This document shows positions 40,630 to 51,979 of a DNA stretch of 64,000 nt, one piece after another. The notes under the pieces were generated by a model. That model made no database searches. It saw only the letters and a list, made by a program, of their open reading frames with translations, and was not told where the DNA came from. The stretch is taken from assembly GCA_034189025.1 (NCBI GenBank), contig JAXHVS010000002.1:11191-75190 (forward strand). Reading direction: 5' to 3'. This DNA comes from Bacteroidota bacterium. Its GTDB lineage: Bacteria; Bacteroidota; Bacteroidia; Bacteroidales; UBA12077. Each line of letters opens with the position of its first letter. The first letter of the stretch is position 1. The translations under genes were made by a program, and so were the position numbers.

Positions 40630-41238
40630 ATGGCTAGATATAGAGGACCAAAATCAAAAATAGCGAGGAAGCTAGGGGAACCCATTTATGGGCCTGACAA
40701 ATATTTTGAAAAGAAAAATTATCCTCCTGGAGAACAAGGAGCAAACAAACGCAGAAAAAAACTTTCTGAGTATGGTGTACAACTGATGGAAAAACAGAAA
40801 GCTAAGTACACATATGGAATTCTTGAAAAACAATTCTATAATTTATTTGCTCAGGCTTCTCGTAAAAAAGGGATTACTGGTGAAAACCTTTTACAATTAT
40901 TAGAATCAAGGCTTGATAATGTAGTATATCGTATAGGTATTGCTCCTACAAGAGCTGCTGCACGTCAATTTGTTTCTCATAAACATATTACTGTAAACGG
41001 AAACATTGTTAGCATTCCTTCATACACTGTTAAACCTAATGATATAATTGGTGTTCGTGAAAAATCAAAATCGCTCGAAGCAATTAATAATAGTTTAGCA
41101 TCTGCCCGATATAATAAATATTCGTGGTTAGAATGGGATTCAGATCAAATGGCTGGTAAATTTTTAAATATCCCCGAGCGATCAGAAATTCCTGAAAACA
41201 TTAAGGAGCAGTTAATTGTAGAATTATATTCTAAATAA
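40630..41238 (+). CDS. rpsD: 30S ribosomal protein S4
   Basis: [11 protein letters not shown]...; S4 domain [22 protein letters not shown]. Confidence 0.96.
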   Translation: MARYRGPKSKIARKLGEPIYGPDKYFEKKNYPPGEQGANKRRKKLSEYGVQLMEKQKAKYTYGILEKQFYNLFAQASRKKGITGENLLQLLESRLDNVVYRIGIAPTRAAARQFVSHKHITVNGNIVSIPSYTVKPNDIIGVREKSKSLEAINNSLASARYNKYSWLEWDSDQMAGKFLNIPERSEIPENIKEQLIVELYSK

Positions 41239-41256
41239 AATAATTTTTTATTATTT

Positions 41257-42249
41257 ATGGCAATTTTAGCATTTCAAAAGCCCGATAAGGTCATAATGGT
41301 CGAAGCAAACGAAACCTATGGCAAATTTGAGTTTCGTCCTTTAGAACCAGGTTATGGAATTACTGTCGGTAATTCTTTACGCAGGATATTAATATCATCA
41401 TTAGAAGGATATGCCATTACATCTATAAAAATAGAAGGCGTAGAACACGAATTTTCTACAATAGCTGGTGTAGTGCAAGATGTATCAGAAATTATCCTAA
41501 ATCTTAAGCAAGTACGTTTTAAACGTATTGTAGATGAAGCAGAAGATGAAAAAATATCTGTTACAATTACCGGGCAGAATGAATTTAAAGCCGGTGATAT
41601 CAATAATTTTTCAACAAATTTTAAAGTGTTAAATCCGGATCATGTAATTTGTGAAATGGAACCGGATGTAAAACTTCAATTAGAACTAACAGTTAATAAA
41701 GGCCGTGGTTATGTGCCTGCTGAAGAAAATAAATCTATTGATGCAGAGTATGGAGTTATTGCTATTGATTCAATCTATACCCCAATACGAAACGTTAAAT
41801 ATTCAATTGAAAACTACCGAGTAGAACAAAAAACCGACTACGAAAAACTGGTTTTTGAAATTGAATCCGACGGATCAATTCATCCTAAAGAAGCATTGAA
41901 AGAGGCGGCAAAAATTCTTATTTATCATCTGATGTTGTTTTCTGATGAGAAAATTACACTCGATTCGGATGAAAAATATGCCAACGAAGAGTTCGACGAA
42001 GAAGTTTTACATATGCGTCAGTTACTTAAAACAAGACTGGTAGATTTGGATCTTTCTGTAAGAGCTTTAAATTGTTTAAAAGCTGCTGAAGTTGATACAC
42101 TTGGCGATTTAGTGAGATACAATAAAAACGATTTATTGAAGTTTAGAAACTTTGGAAAAAAATCATTGACTGAATTAGAAGATTTACTTAGCCAAATGAA
42201 TCTAACATTTGGAATGGATATTTCTAAGTATAAATTAGACAAGGAGTAA
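41257..42249 (+). CDS. rpoA: DNA-directed RNA polymerase subunit alpha
   Basis: 330 aa; N-terminal ...F...PLE.GYG.T.GN.LRR.L.SS..G.A...; C-terminal LDLSVRA.NCLK.A...T.GDL. Confidence 0.96.
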   Translation: MAILAFQKPDKVIMVEANETYGKFEFRPLEPGYGITVGNSLRRILISSLEGYAITSIKIEGVEHEFSTIAGVVQDVSEIILNLKQVRFKRIVDEAEDEKISVTITGQNEFKAGDINNFSTNFKVLNPDHVICEMEPDVKLQLELTVNKGRGYVPAEENKSIDAEYGVIAIDSIYTPIRNVKYSIENYRVEQKTDYEKLVFEIESDGSIHPKEALKEAAKILIYHLMLFSDEKITLDSDEKYANEEFDEEVLHMRQLLKTRLVDLDLSVRALNCLKAAEVDTLGDLVRYNKNDLLKFRNFGKKSLTELEDLLSQMNLTFGMDISKYKLDKE

Positions 42250-42253
42250 AAGG

Positions 42254-43063
42254 ATGAGACATAAAAAATCATTTAACCACTTAAGCAGAAAACCTGCACA
42301 TAGAAAAGCGATGTTATCGAACATGGCAACATCATTAATTTTACATAAACGAATATCTACAACAACAGCTAAAGCAAAAGCATTAAGAATGTATGTTGAA
42401 CCTTTAATTACAAAAGCTAAAGAAGATTCAACTCATTCAAGAAGAATGGTATTTAGCTATTTACAAAATAAGGATGCTGTAACTGAATTATTTAGAGAAG
42501 TAGGTGCTAAAGCAATGAAAAGGCCTGGTGGTTATACAAGAATATTAAAAACAGGTACTCGTTTAGGTGATAATGCTGATATGTGTATTATTGAATTGGT
42601 TGATTACAATGAAAATCTTTTAGCAGCAAAAGAAGAGAAACAACAAAAATCTTCTTCACGTCGTAGCCGTAGAGGTGGTAAAAAAACAAAATCTACCGAA
42701 GTAACAAATCAACAACAAGCAGAACAAAAAGTTGCTTCTGAGGGAGAAGAAGTTAAAGCTGAAGAAAAAGAAGTTAAGGAAGTTGAACCAGAAAGTAAAG
42801 CTACAGAAACAAAAGAGAAAGCTATAACTATAACAGAAGAAGAATCTGAAGCTAAAACTGAAGCTAAACCCAAAACAGAAGAGAAACCTGAAGCTAAAGC
42901 TGAAACCGACAAGAAAGAAGAGAAGAAAGAAGAGCCTAAAAAAGCAGAAACTAAAAAAGAAACTCCCAAAAAGGAAGAAAAAAAGGTAGAAGCTAAGAAA
43001 GAGTCGAAAGAAAATAAAAAGGAAGATCAGGCTGAAGACAACAAAGACGAAAAGAAAGAATAA
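42254..43063 (+). CDS. rplQ: 50S ribosomal protein L17 with ~149-aa K/E/A/T-rich C-terminal extension
   Basis: The first ~120 aa are a normal L17 ([22 protein letters not shown]...L..H.RI.TT..KAK.LR...E.LIT.AK...GGYTRI.K...R.GD.A.M..IELV). Residues 121-269 are low complexity. Confidence 0.9.
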   Translation: MRHKKSFNHLSRKPAHRKAMLSNMATSLILHKRISTTTAKAKALRMYVEPLITKAKEDSTHSRRMVFSYLQNKDAVTELFREVGAKAMKRPGGYTRILKTGTRLGDNADMCIIELVDYNENLLAAKEEKQQKSSSRRSRRGGKKTKSTEVTNQQQAEQKVASEGEEVKAEEKEVKEVEPESKATETKEKAITITEEESEAKTEAKPKTEEKPEAKAETDKKEEKKEEPKKAETKKETPKKEEKKVEAKKESKENKKEDQAEDNKDEKKE

Positions 43064-43086
43064 TTTATTAATAATATTTCAATATT

Positions 43087-43111
43087 AAAGGGCGATTAAC
43101 GCCCTTTTTTT
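43087..43111 (+). terminator. rho-independent terminator ending the ribosomal-protein cluster
   Basis: AAAGGGCG-ATTAA-CGCCCTTT stem-loop followed by a 7-T run, 24 nt after the rplQ stop. Confidence 0.65.
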
Positions 43112-43223
43112 GTATCCTAAATGAAAATATTATTAAAATATTAACTTACTGGTTTAATATATTTTCAGAATTCACTAAATTTGAATTCTTTTCGCAAAAA
43201 AAATATTAATTAAAAATTGATAA

Positions 43224-44513
<1,290 letters not shown>

Positions 44514-44535
44514 AGTTTTTTTTAGTTTAATTATA

Positions 44536-44569
44536 AAGGTTGGTTCCTTAAAAGAGAATCAACCTTTTT
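44536..44569 (+). terminator. stem-loop plus T-tract after eno
   Basis: AAGGTTGGTTC-N9-GAATCAACCTT (11-bp stem, one G-T pair) followed by TTT. Confidence 0.55.
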
Positions 44570-44640
44570 ATTTTTGATAAATCGTTAAACACTACAATTC
44601 TTTTTTGTATATTTCATTTTTGCTGATTTAAATTTATACT

Positions 44641-46542
44641 ATGTCATTTCATTCATTAAATCAATTTATTGAGCGATTAGAAGAAAGAGGCGAGTTGGTA
44701 AGGATTACCCAAAAGGTAAATCCAGAATTGGAAATTACAGAAATTACCGATCGTGTTTCAAAACAATCGGATGGAGGCAAAGCTTTGTTATTCGAGAATA
44801 CCGGAACAATGTTTCCTATATTAATGAATGCAATGGGCTCTGAAAAAAGGATGGAATTAGCCTTGGGGGTAAATAATTTGAATGATATTGGCGAAGAGTT
44901 AGAACGTTTGTTTGTTGATTTTTCATCACCCAAGAACAGTATTATTGAGAAATTGAAAATGCTTCCTAAGTTATCGGGGATTGCCTCATGGATGCCTAAG
45001 TTAGTTAAAGGTAAAGGTAAATGTCAGGAAGTTATACATCACGATCCGGATTTATACATTCTTCCAGTATTAAAATGTTGGCCAGAGGATGGAGGCCCTT
45101 TTGTTACTTTACCAATGGTTATTACTAAAGATCCGGTTACAGAGACTAGAAATGTGGGAATGTACAGAATGCAGATTTTTGAGAAGAACCTTACCGGAAT
45201 GCACTGGCATAAGCACAAAGTAGGTGCAAGACATTTTGCTGAATACAAACGGCTTGGAAAAAAAATGCCTGTTGCTGTTGCTTTAGGTGGAGACCCGGCT
45301 TATACTTATTCTGCTACGGCTCCTGTTCCGGATAATGTTGATGAATATATGCTCGCAGGATTCCTAAGAAAGAAAAGCGTTGAAATGGTTAAATGTGTTA
45401 CCCAGGATATTGAAGTTCCCAAAGATGCTGATATTATTATTGAAGGGTATATTGACCCTGAAGAAGAGTTTATTTGGGAAGGCCCTTTTGGCGATCATAC
45501 AGGTTTTTATTCTTTGGCCGATTGGTATCCAAAATTTCATGTTACTTGTATTACGCACCGCAAAGATGCAGTTTATCCGGCAACGATTGTGGGTGTCCCA
45601 CCAATGGAAGATGCATGGATTGGAAAAGCCACAGAACGAATTTTTTTAACACCCATAAAAATAGCCATTTTACCCGAAGTTATTGATTATGATCTTCCTT
45701 TTGCAGGGGTTGCTCATAATATAGCAATCGTAAAAATGCATAAAACCTATCCCGGACAAGCCATTAAAGTAATGAATGCTTTATGGGGTGCAGGACAGAT
45801 GATGTTTAATAAGATAATGATTGTTGTAGATCAAAACATTGATATTCATCAATATCACCAATTAATTGAAATTGTAATTGATAATATAAATCCATCTGCT
45901 GATTTTCATTTTATGCAAGGCCCGTTGGATATTTTAGATCACTCTTCTTCGAAAATGGCTTTTGGCAGCAAAATGGGAATTGATGCAACTACAAAATTTG
46001 ATGAAGAATTGGCTGATGTTGTAGAAAATACTACAAATGCTTTATTAAATCTTGAAGCTATTAAAGATGAATTTATCGAAATTATAGATGCCAATTTATT
46101 TGCTGCAGCGAACTCTAGTGTTTTAATCCTGTCGGTTAAAAAGAAAAATAAAACGCATATTGATAACCTGGTTAAAAAATTATTTCACAACGAGGATTTT
46201 AAACAAATAAAAATGTGTGTTTTAGTAGATGATGTTGTTGATGTGTCCGATTGGAATATGATATTATGGATAGCCTCGGGGAATATTGACCCTAAAAGAG
46301 ATTCAATTATTTTATCAAAACATAATAATACTTATTCATGTATTTTTATTGATGCAACAAGAAAAAGAAAAGGGAAAGATAATTTTAAAAGAGATTGGCC
46401 AAATATTGTTAGTTCAAGTTTGGATACGATAAAAATGGTTGACGAAAAATGGAATAAATATAATATTGGCGAATTTATACTTTCTCCTTCATTAAAATAT
46501 CAGAAAATGTTATATAGTGGAGGAGCAATAGCTGGAGAATAA
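44641..46542 (+). CDS. UbiD-family (prenyl-FMN dependent) decarboxylase, long form (633 aa)
   Basis: UbiD blocks ...NVGMYRMQI......HW..HK.GA.H..., ...EGPFGDHTGFY... The ~150-aa C-terminal region beyond the usual UbiD length carries no motif I recognise. Confidence 0.8.
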   Translation: MSFHSLNQFIERLEERGELVRITQKVNPELEITEITDRVSKQSDGGKALLFENTGTMFPILMNAMGSEKRMELALGVNNLNDIGEELERLFVDFSSPKNSIIEKLKMLPKLSGIASWMPKLVKGKGKCQEVIHHDPDLYILPVLKCWPEDGGPFVTLPMVITKDPVTETRNVGMYRMQIFEKNLTGMHWHKHKVGARHFAEYKRLGKKMPVAVALGGDPAYTYSATAPVPDNVDEYMLAGFLRKKSVEMVKCVTQDIEVPKDADIIIEGYIDPEEEFIWEGPFGDHTGFYSLADWYPKFHVTCITHRKDAVYPATIVGVPPMEDAWIGKATERIFLTPIKIAILPEVIDYDLPFAGVAHNIAIVKMHKTYPGQAIKVMNALWGAGQMMFNKIMIVVDQNIDIHQYHQLIEIVIDNINPSADFHFMQGPLDILDHSSSKMAFGSKMGIDATTKFDEELADVVENTTNALLNLEAIKDEFIEIIDANLFAAANSSVLILSVKKKNKTHIDNLVKKLFHNEDFKQIKMCVLVDDVVDVSDWNMILWIASGNIDPKRDSIILSKHNNTYSCIFIDATRKRKGKDNFKRDWPNIVSSSLDTIKMVDEKWNKYNIGEFILSPSLKYQKMLYSGGAIAGE

Positions 46543-46614
46543 ATTTAAAACAAATTTAATCTAAACATAAACCTTTGCTTTATACCGAATATATATTAAA
46601 TTAGCAATATATAA

Positions 46615-49600
46615 ATGAAGCTTTTTAGATACATATTGCTTTCCTTAATCTTAGGGTTTTTACCAATCTTTTATTCCGGAGCTATTTATGGACAGCTCCT
46701 AAATGTAAAACATTTTACCATTGAAGATGGCATGTCACAAACAAGTGTTCAATGCCTTATGCAAGATCGGAAGGGGTTTTTATGGATTGGAACCCAGGAT
46801 GGTTTAAATAAATATAACGGATATTCATTTCTTCGCTTTAAAAACGACCCATCCGATTCAACAACTATTTCAAATAATTATATTCATTGTATTTTTGAAG
46901 ATAATGAAAATAATATTTGGGTAGGAACCAACTACGGACTTAATAAATTTGATGCAGAAAAGCAGATATTTATTAGATATTTAAGAGATGATGCTGATCC
47001 AAACACAATACCAGAAGATGAAGTTTACTCTATATATCAGGATAAAAAAGGGTTTATTTGGATAAAAACCGAAAGATTTTTGAGCCGTATAAATCCTCAA
47101 ACGGATAAATTTAGGCATTACGAACATTTTAATGATATTTTTAGTTTTATTTCGGTAAATGCTAAATTTTCAATTTTTGAAGATCATAAAAATCAACTTT
47201 GGATAGGAACTAAAGATGGTTTAAATTATTTCGATCGAGAGCTTGAGATTTTTAAACGTTATAGCCATGACCCTAACAATAAAAAATCATTAAGTAACAA
47301 CCGGATAAAAGTTATTTTTGAAGATAGTAAACATAATTTATGGATAGGGACAAAGAATGGCCTAAATCGATTTAATTGGGATGATGAGAATTTTACCCGC
47401 TTTTTTAATGATTCTCCAAAAACTAATAGCTTAAGTAATAATGTTATCAATGATATTTTTGAAGATTCTGCTGGGACCTTATGGATTGCTACTGATGATG
47501 GATTGAGTAGATTTAACCGAGAAACGAATCAATTTAATGATTATAGCCAGTTTAAATTTGAAAATAATTTAATCCTGACAAATTCAATCACATCAATTAT
47601 TGAAGATAGAACCGGAATTTTATGGGTGGGTACTTTGCAAGGATTGCTAAAAATAGAAAAAAGAAAGAAAAAATTTAATCTTTATGCAAAAAATAAAAAA
47701 GGAGAATCGTTATTTTCAAATAATTACATAGCATCCATTTTTACTGAAAATGATAGTATCATTTGGGTAGGAACCTGGGGAACAGGATTGCATATTTTTA
47801 ATCGGAAAACAAATAAAGTAACTCGTTATTTTACCGGTAATAGTTTGTTAAAAAACGATTACGTACATAAAATATTTAAAAGTAGCAATGGTGTTTATTG
47901 GTTAGGGACACAAGATGGGATTAGTTTTTTTGATCATGAAAACAAAACATTTTCGGAGTTTAAGGATAAAGAAATTATCCAGAGGTTGAATAAAAACAGG
48001 ATTTATGATATTGTCGAATCTGATTCGGCTAATTTTTGGATTGCAACAAAATATGGATTACTTAATATCAAAAATGACTCGCTCGTTAAGAGTTATATTG
48101 CTACAGAGGAAAATCAAAACACAATAAGTTCCAATCTTGTATATGATCTTTTACTCGATTCCAAAAATAATCTTTGGATTGCTACCGATTATGGTTTAAA
48201 CAAGCTCGATTTATCAACCGGAAATATTATTCAATATTTTAAAACCAACGGGCAATGCAATGATTGTTTAAGCTCAAATGAAATTTTATGCTTATATGAG
48301 GATACTGCAAATAATGTTTTGTGGTTGGGGACTGTAGCAGGATTAAATAAAATGGATTTAAAGACGGAAAAATTTACAGTTTATACAGAAAAAGACGGAC
48401 TTCCAAATAATCTAATCTATTCAATTTTAGCCGATGATAATGGGCATTTATGGATGAGTACTAACCGTGGTTTATCTAAATTTAACCCCAAAGATAAATC
48501 TTTTAGTAATTTTAGCGTTTCAGACGGGATACAAGATTCGGAATTTAACCATGGTGCTTATTTTAAATCATTGTCAAAAGAAATGTTTTTCGGAGGAATT
48601 GCCGGTTTTAATGCTTTTTATCCGGATTCAATTCAAATAAACGAGATTGTTCCCAATGTTGCTATTACCTCAATTGAGCTACTGGCAAATGATAAATTGC
48701 AACAAATAACTATTGGAAAAAATAATCACATAACGATTCCTTATAAGAATAATTTAATTACTATAGAGTTTGCTGCACTTGATTTTACAAACCCTGAAAA
48801 GAATAATTATGCCTATAAGATGGAAGGTATTGAAGAGGAGTGGATAAATCTAGGGAATAGGAGGTATGCAACATTTTCTAATTTATCGCCTGGAGAATAT
48901 ACATTTAGAGTAAGAGGAGCAAATAGCGATTATGTGTGGAATGAAGAAGGGGCAACCTTAGAGATTGAAGTTTTAACGCCATTTTGGCGAACAAAAATGG
49001 CCTTTGCCTTTTATATTTTATTACTACTATTTTCAATATACTGGATTTTTCAATATAGGACTAAAACACTACGAAAGTCAAACCAGGAGCTAAAAGAAAA
49101 AGAGTTAATTGCTCAACAGGTAGCCAAGCAAAAAGAGGAGCTTAGCATTAAAAATAAAAATATTACCGACAGCATTGTTTATGCCAAAAGAATTCAAGAA
49201 GCACTCATGCCCTCTTTAAGATACTTTAAATCCTTATTACCTTCAACCTTTATATTACATAAACCTAAAGATATTGTTAGTGGTGATTTTTATTGGATAA
49301 ATATTAAAGATGATAAAATATTTATTGCCGTTGTAGATTGTACGGGGCATGGTGTTCCTGGTGCATTTATGTCGATCATTGGCTTTGAACTACTGCGTAA
49401 TATAACTGACGACCAGAAGATTGACGAAGCAGATAAAATTTTAGAGGAGTTAAATAGAGGGGTATCTATTACTTTTGGAAAAGAATCTGAAAATGTTCGA
49501 TTAAAAGACGGGATGGATATTGCTCTTTGTGTTATTGATAAGAAAAAAGCTGAGTTAGAATTTGCAGGAGCTTTTCGGCCTCTATATTTTGTACGTGATA

Positions 49601-49923
49601 ATAAAATTGAAGAAATTCGAGGCGATAGATTTTCGGTAGGATTACTTGAAGATGGGAATAGTGAACAAATAAATAAGACAATTATAAAATTGAAAAAAGA
49701 TGATGTCTTTTATCTTTTTACCGATGGTTATGCCGATCAGTTTGGAGGCCCAGAAGGGAAAAAATATAAATATCGACGATTTAGGCATCTGCTACTTACG
49801 ATTCATCAATTACCTCCCGAACAACAATTAGCTTACCTCGATAAAAGTTTTGAAGACTGGAAAAGAGAACAGGAACAGGTAGATGATGTGTTAATCGTGG
49901 GAATAAAACCAGAACTAGAGTAA
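46615..49923 (+). CDS. periplasmic double beta-propeller (two-component-regulator propeller repeats) + Y_Y_Y sensor fused to a cytoplasmic PP2C/SpoIIE-type phosphatase domain
   Basis: 1102 aa; signal/TM at the N-terminus; about 14 repeats of the type ...I..I.ED..G.LWIGT..GLN.F...; Y_Y_Y block YAYKMEGIEEEWINLG..RYATFSNLSPGEYTFRVR; TM AFAFYILLLLFSIYWIF; coiled coil; SpoIIE-like GDFYWI......VVDCTGHGVPGAFMS...TDGYADQFGG. Confidence 0.8.
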   Translation: MKLFRYILLSLILGFLPIFYSGAIYGQLLNVKHFTIEDGMSQTSVQCLMQDRKGFLWIGTQDGLNKYNGYSFLRFKNDPSDSTTISNNYIHCIFEDNENNIWVGTNYGLNKFDAEKQIFIRYLRDDADPNTIPEDEVYSIYQDKKGFIWIKTERFLSRINPQTDKFRHYEHFNDIFSFISVNAKFSIFEDHKNQLWIGTKDGLNYFDRELEIFKRYSHDPNNKKSLSNNRIKVIFEDSKHNLWIGTKNGLNRFNWDDENFTRFFNDSPKTNSLSNNVINDIFEDSAGTLWIATDDGLSRFNRETNQFNDYSQFKFENNLILTNSITSIIEDRTGILWVGTLQGLLKIEKRKKKFNLYAKNKKGESLFSNNYIASIFTENDSIIWVGTWGTGLHIFNRKTNKVTRYFTGNSLLKNDYVHKIFKSSNGVYWLGTQDGISFFDHENKTFSEFKDKEIIQRLNKNRIYDIVESDSANFWIATKYGLLNIKNDSLVKSYIATEENQNTISSNLVYDLLLDSKNNLWIATDYGLNKLDLSTGNIIQYFKTNGQCNDCLSSNEILCLYEDTANNVLWLGTVAGLNKMDLKTEKFTVYTEKDGLPNNLIYSILADDNGHLWMSTNRGLSKFNPKDKSFSNFSVSDGIQDSEFNHGAYFKSLSKEMFFGGIAGFNAFYPDSIQINEIVPNVAITSIELLANDKLQQITIGKNNHITIPYKNNLITIEFAALDFTNPEKNNYAYKMEGIEEEWINLGNRRYATFSNLSPGEYTFRVRGANSDYVWNEEGATLEIEVLTPFWRTKMAFAFYILLLLFSIYWIFQYRTKTLRKSNQELKEKELIAQQVAKQKEELSIKNKNITDSIVYAKRIQEALMPSLRYFKSLLPSTFILHKPKDIVSGDFYWINIKDDKIFIAVVDCTGHGVPGAFMSIIGFELLRNITDDQKIDEADKILEELNRGVSITFGKESENVRLKDGMDIALCVIDKKKAELEFAGAFRPLYFVRDNKIEEIRGDRFSVGLLEDGNSEQINKTIIKLKKDDVFYLFTDGYADQFGGPEGKKYKYRRFRHLLLTIHQLPPEQQLAYLDKSFEDWKREQEQVDDVLIVGIKPELE

Positions 49924-49954
49924 AGATAATTGCTAATAATTCTGAAGTCCAAAA

Positions 49955-51688
49955 TTAATCCAGATGTTGTTCAATTTTTTTGATTAAAGTATCAATCTGA
50001 AAAGGTTTGCTTATGTAATCGTCCATACCTGCAGCAAGGCATTCTTCTTTATCTCCCAGAAGTGCATTAGCGGTAATAGCAATAATTGGTGTGTGTGTAT
50101 TGCTGCTTTTTTCGATATTTCTTATTTTTTTGGTTGTAACAATTCCATTCATGATGGGCATTTGAATATCCATTAATATTACATCGTATTTAATCGATCC
50201 AAATTTATCGAGGGCTTCTTTTCCATTATTTGCAACATCCACGTTTTTAACCGTTTTTTTTAAGCTTAGCAATACAATTTTTTGATTAATAAGGTTGTCT
50301 TCAACCAATAAAACATTTGCATCAGAAAGCTTTATTGCAGTATCCGATTTAATTTCAGGAATTCCGGATTCATCTTCTGTTTTTGTTACTTCGGTAATTA
50401 AATCGCCTTTTGTAAATTTAATGATAAATTCGAATTTAAATAGGTCAGGCGTAACATCTATATCAATGGTTCCACCTATTGAATCTATAATTCGATTGGC
50501 AATATTTAAATCGAGAAATTTTATAAAGGCAGCTGTTCGTTCTTTTCTCGATTTTATAATATTTTGAATTTTGGTTATTTCTGGTATATGCACGAAATCA
50601 TGCGTAGATATTGTGAATACGATATCTATTGTATTCTTTTGTTCGTTTTGGCTATTAATGTCTAGTTGTATCTTTTTCAAACCACTCTTTGCATTTTTTA
50701 AAATATTTTCGATAAGGTTCAGAAAAATTTGTTTAATCTTTACCGGATCTCCATACAATTGATAATTTAATTCATTAGAAATATTTATCGGAAATGAAAT
50801 ATCGTTACTGTTAACATCGGCAAATAAATTAATGGTATTGCTAATGGTAGTTTCAAGATTAAAATATTGATTGTAGTCCTTGCTTTGTAGAATATCAACA
50901 TTTGATAATTCAGCAATATTATTAACTACGTTAACCAGATTATTTGTTGAGGCCTGAATGGTATCTATCAAATCTCGTTGCTTTTCGTCAAGATTAGAAT
51001 TGTTAACAATATTTGTTAATACAACAATATTATTTAATGGTGTTCGTATCTGGTGTGAGATTTTTGAAATAAAATTTTCTTTAGCTATAGTTTCTTTCTG
51101 AGCTTCCTCCTTTTCAGCGATTAATACATCTTGCTTTTGCTCAATAATTTTTAAATAGATGTTTGCAAAGACTAACGAACCCGTGAAAATTAATGTGTAC
51201 AGAATAATATTTGATAGAGAGAAATCAAAAATTGTTTCAAAAAAATACGGCATAATTAATCCAATAATACTTAGAGGAAAAAAGATAAGTGATGATTTTG
51301 TCCCTTTTTTGCTACCTAATAAAGCAACAATTAATAAAGGATAAAATCCAAAAACCAGAATTCCCTGATTATAAATATCCCCAGCAAAAATGAGCCATAG
51401 TAAGAAAACAGATAATACTAATGTATAAATGTTTAAAGCTGATTTTAGATTTACTTTTGCCTTAAACCAAAAGTAGTTAATTATTAGAATAGTAAGAGCC
51501 GAAACGGTAATAAAGAAATTAAGATAACTGGCCCCTATTATGTTTATAATGCTAAATATTAATAATAAAAGAATAGTTGTTGCACTATAATAGTTAAATA
51601 TAGTTGCTTGATAGGAGTTGACATTTTTAGCGTCTAGTTTGTCAGAATATACACTAAAAAAATTTATAAGTTTCTCTATTCCTTTCAT
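49955..51688 (-). CDS. hybrid sensor histidine kinase / response regulator with degenerate ATP-binding domain
   Basis: 577 aa; ~6 N-terminal TM helices; H-box SHQIRTPLNN (His212); CA-like region 313-425 without G1/G2 glycine boxes; intact REC (VLLVEDN...VILMDIQMPIMNG...AITA...SKPF). Confidence 0.8.
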   Translation of the reverse strand: MKGIEKLINFFSVYSDKLDAKNVNSYQATIFNYYSATTILLLLIFSIINIIGASYLNFFITVSALTILIINYFWFKAKVNLKSALNIYTLVLSVFLLWLIFAGDIYNQGILVFGFYPLLIVALLGSKKGTKSSLIFFPLSIIGLIMPYFFETIFDFSLSNIILYTLIFTGSLVFANIYLKIIEQKQDVLIAEKEEAQKETIAKENFISKISHQIRTPLNNIVVLTNIVNNSNLDEKQRDLIDTIQASTNNLVNVVNNIAELSNVDILQSKDYNQYFNLETTISNTINLFADVNSNDISFPINISNELNYQLYGDPVKIKQIFLNLIENILKNAKSGLKKIQLDINSQNEQKNTIDIVFTISTHDFVHIPEITKIQNIIKSRKERTAAFIKFLDLNIANRIIDSIGGTIDIDVTPDLFKFEFIIKFTKGDLITEVTKTEDESGIPEIKSDTAIKLSDANVLLVEDNLINQKIVLLSLKKTVKNVDVANNGKEALDKFGSIKYDVILMDIQMPIMNGIVTTKKIRNIEKSSNTHTPIIAITANALLGDKEECLAAGMDDYISKPFQIDTLIKKIEQHLD

Positions 51689-51979
51689 ATAATTTTTACT
51701 CTTTAATAAATCAATACAATAGACAAAATTTGTATTTGCTTTTGTAAATTTACTAAATATAACCCATAAATTTTTATACTAAAAAAAAAATATGTTTTTT
51801 TTAACAAATTCCATACATTGCGCGATTAATAGTTGTTTTGTTACTATGTTATTTTTATCATCTTTTGAAATAGTATTATTCTTAAATCTTATGTAAATTT
51901 CGGTGTGAAATTTGTTAATTTATTGAAAGCTTGATTTTATAAAATATTAATTAATTATTATCTTGTAAAAAAATAAAAC

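Noticed and set aside
42709-42969. 86-aa Ser/Phe/Leu-rich minus-strand ORF
   Set aside because: Antisense of the GAA/AAA/GCT-rich L17 tail. Stop codons are simply rare in that complement; not a gene.
42700-43060. Short tandem-looking repeats (GAAGCTAAA, AAAGAAGA) considered as a repeat array or CRISPR-like feature
   Set aside because: The units are irregular, in frame, and without spacers. They are explained as coding low-complexity sequence of the L17 tail.
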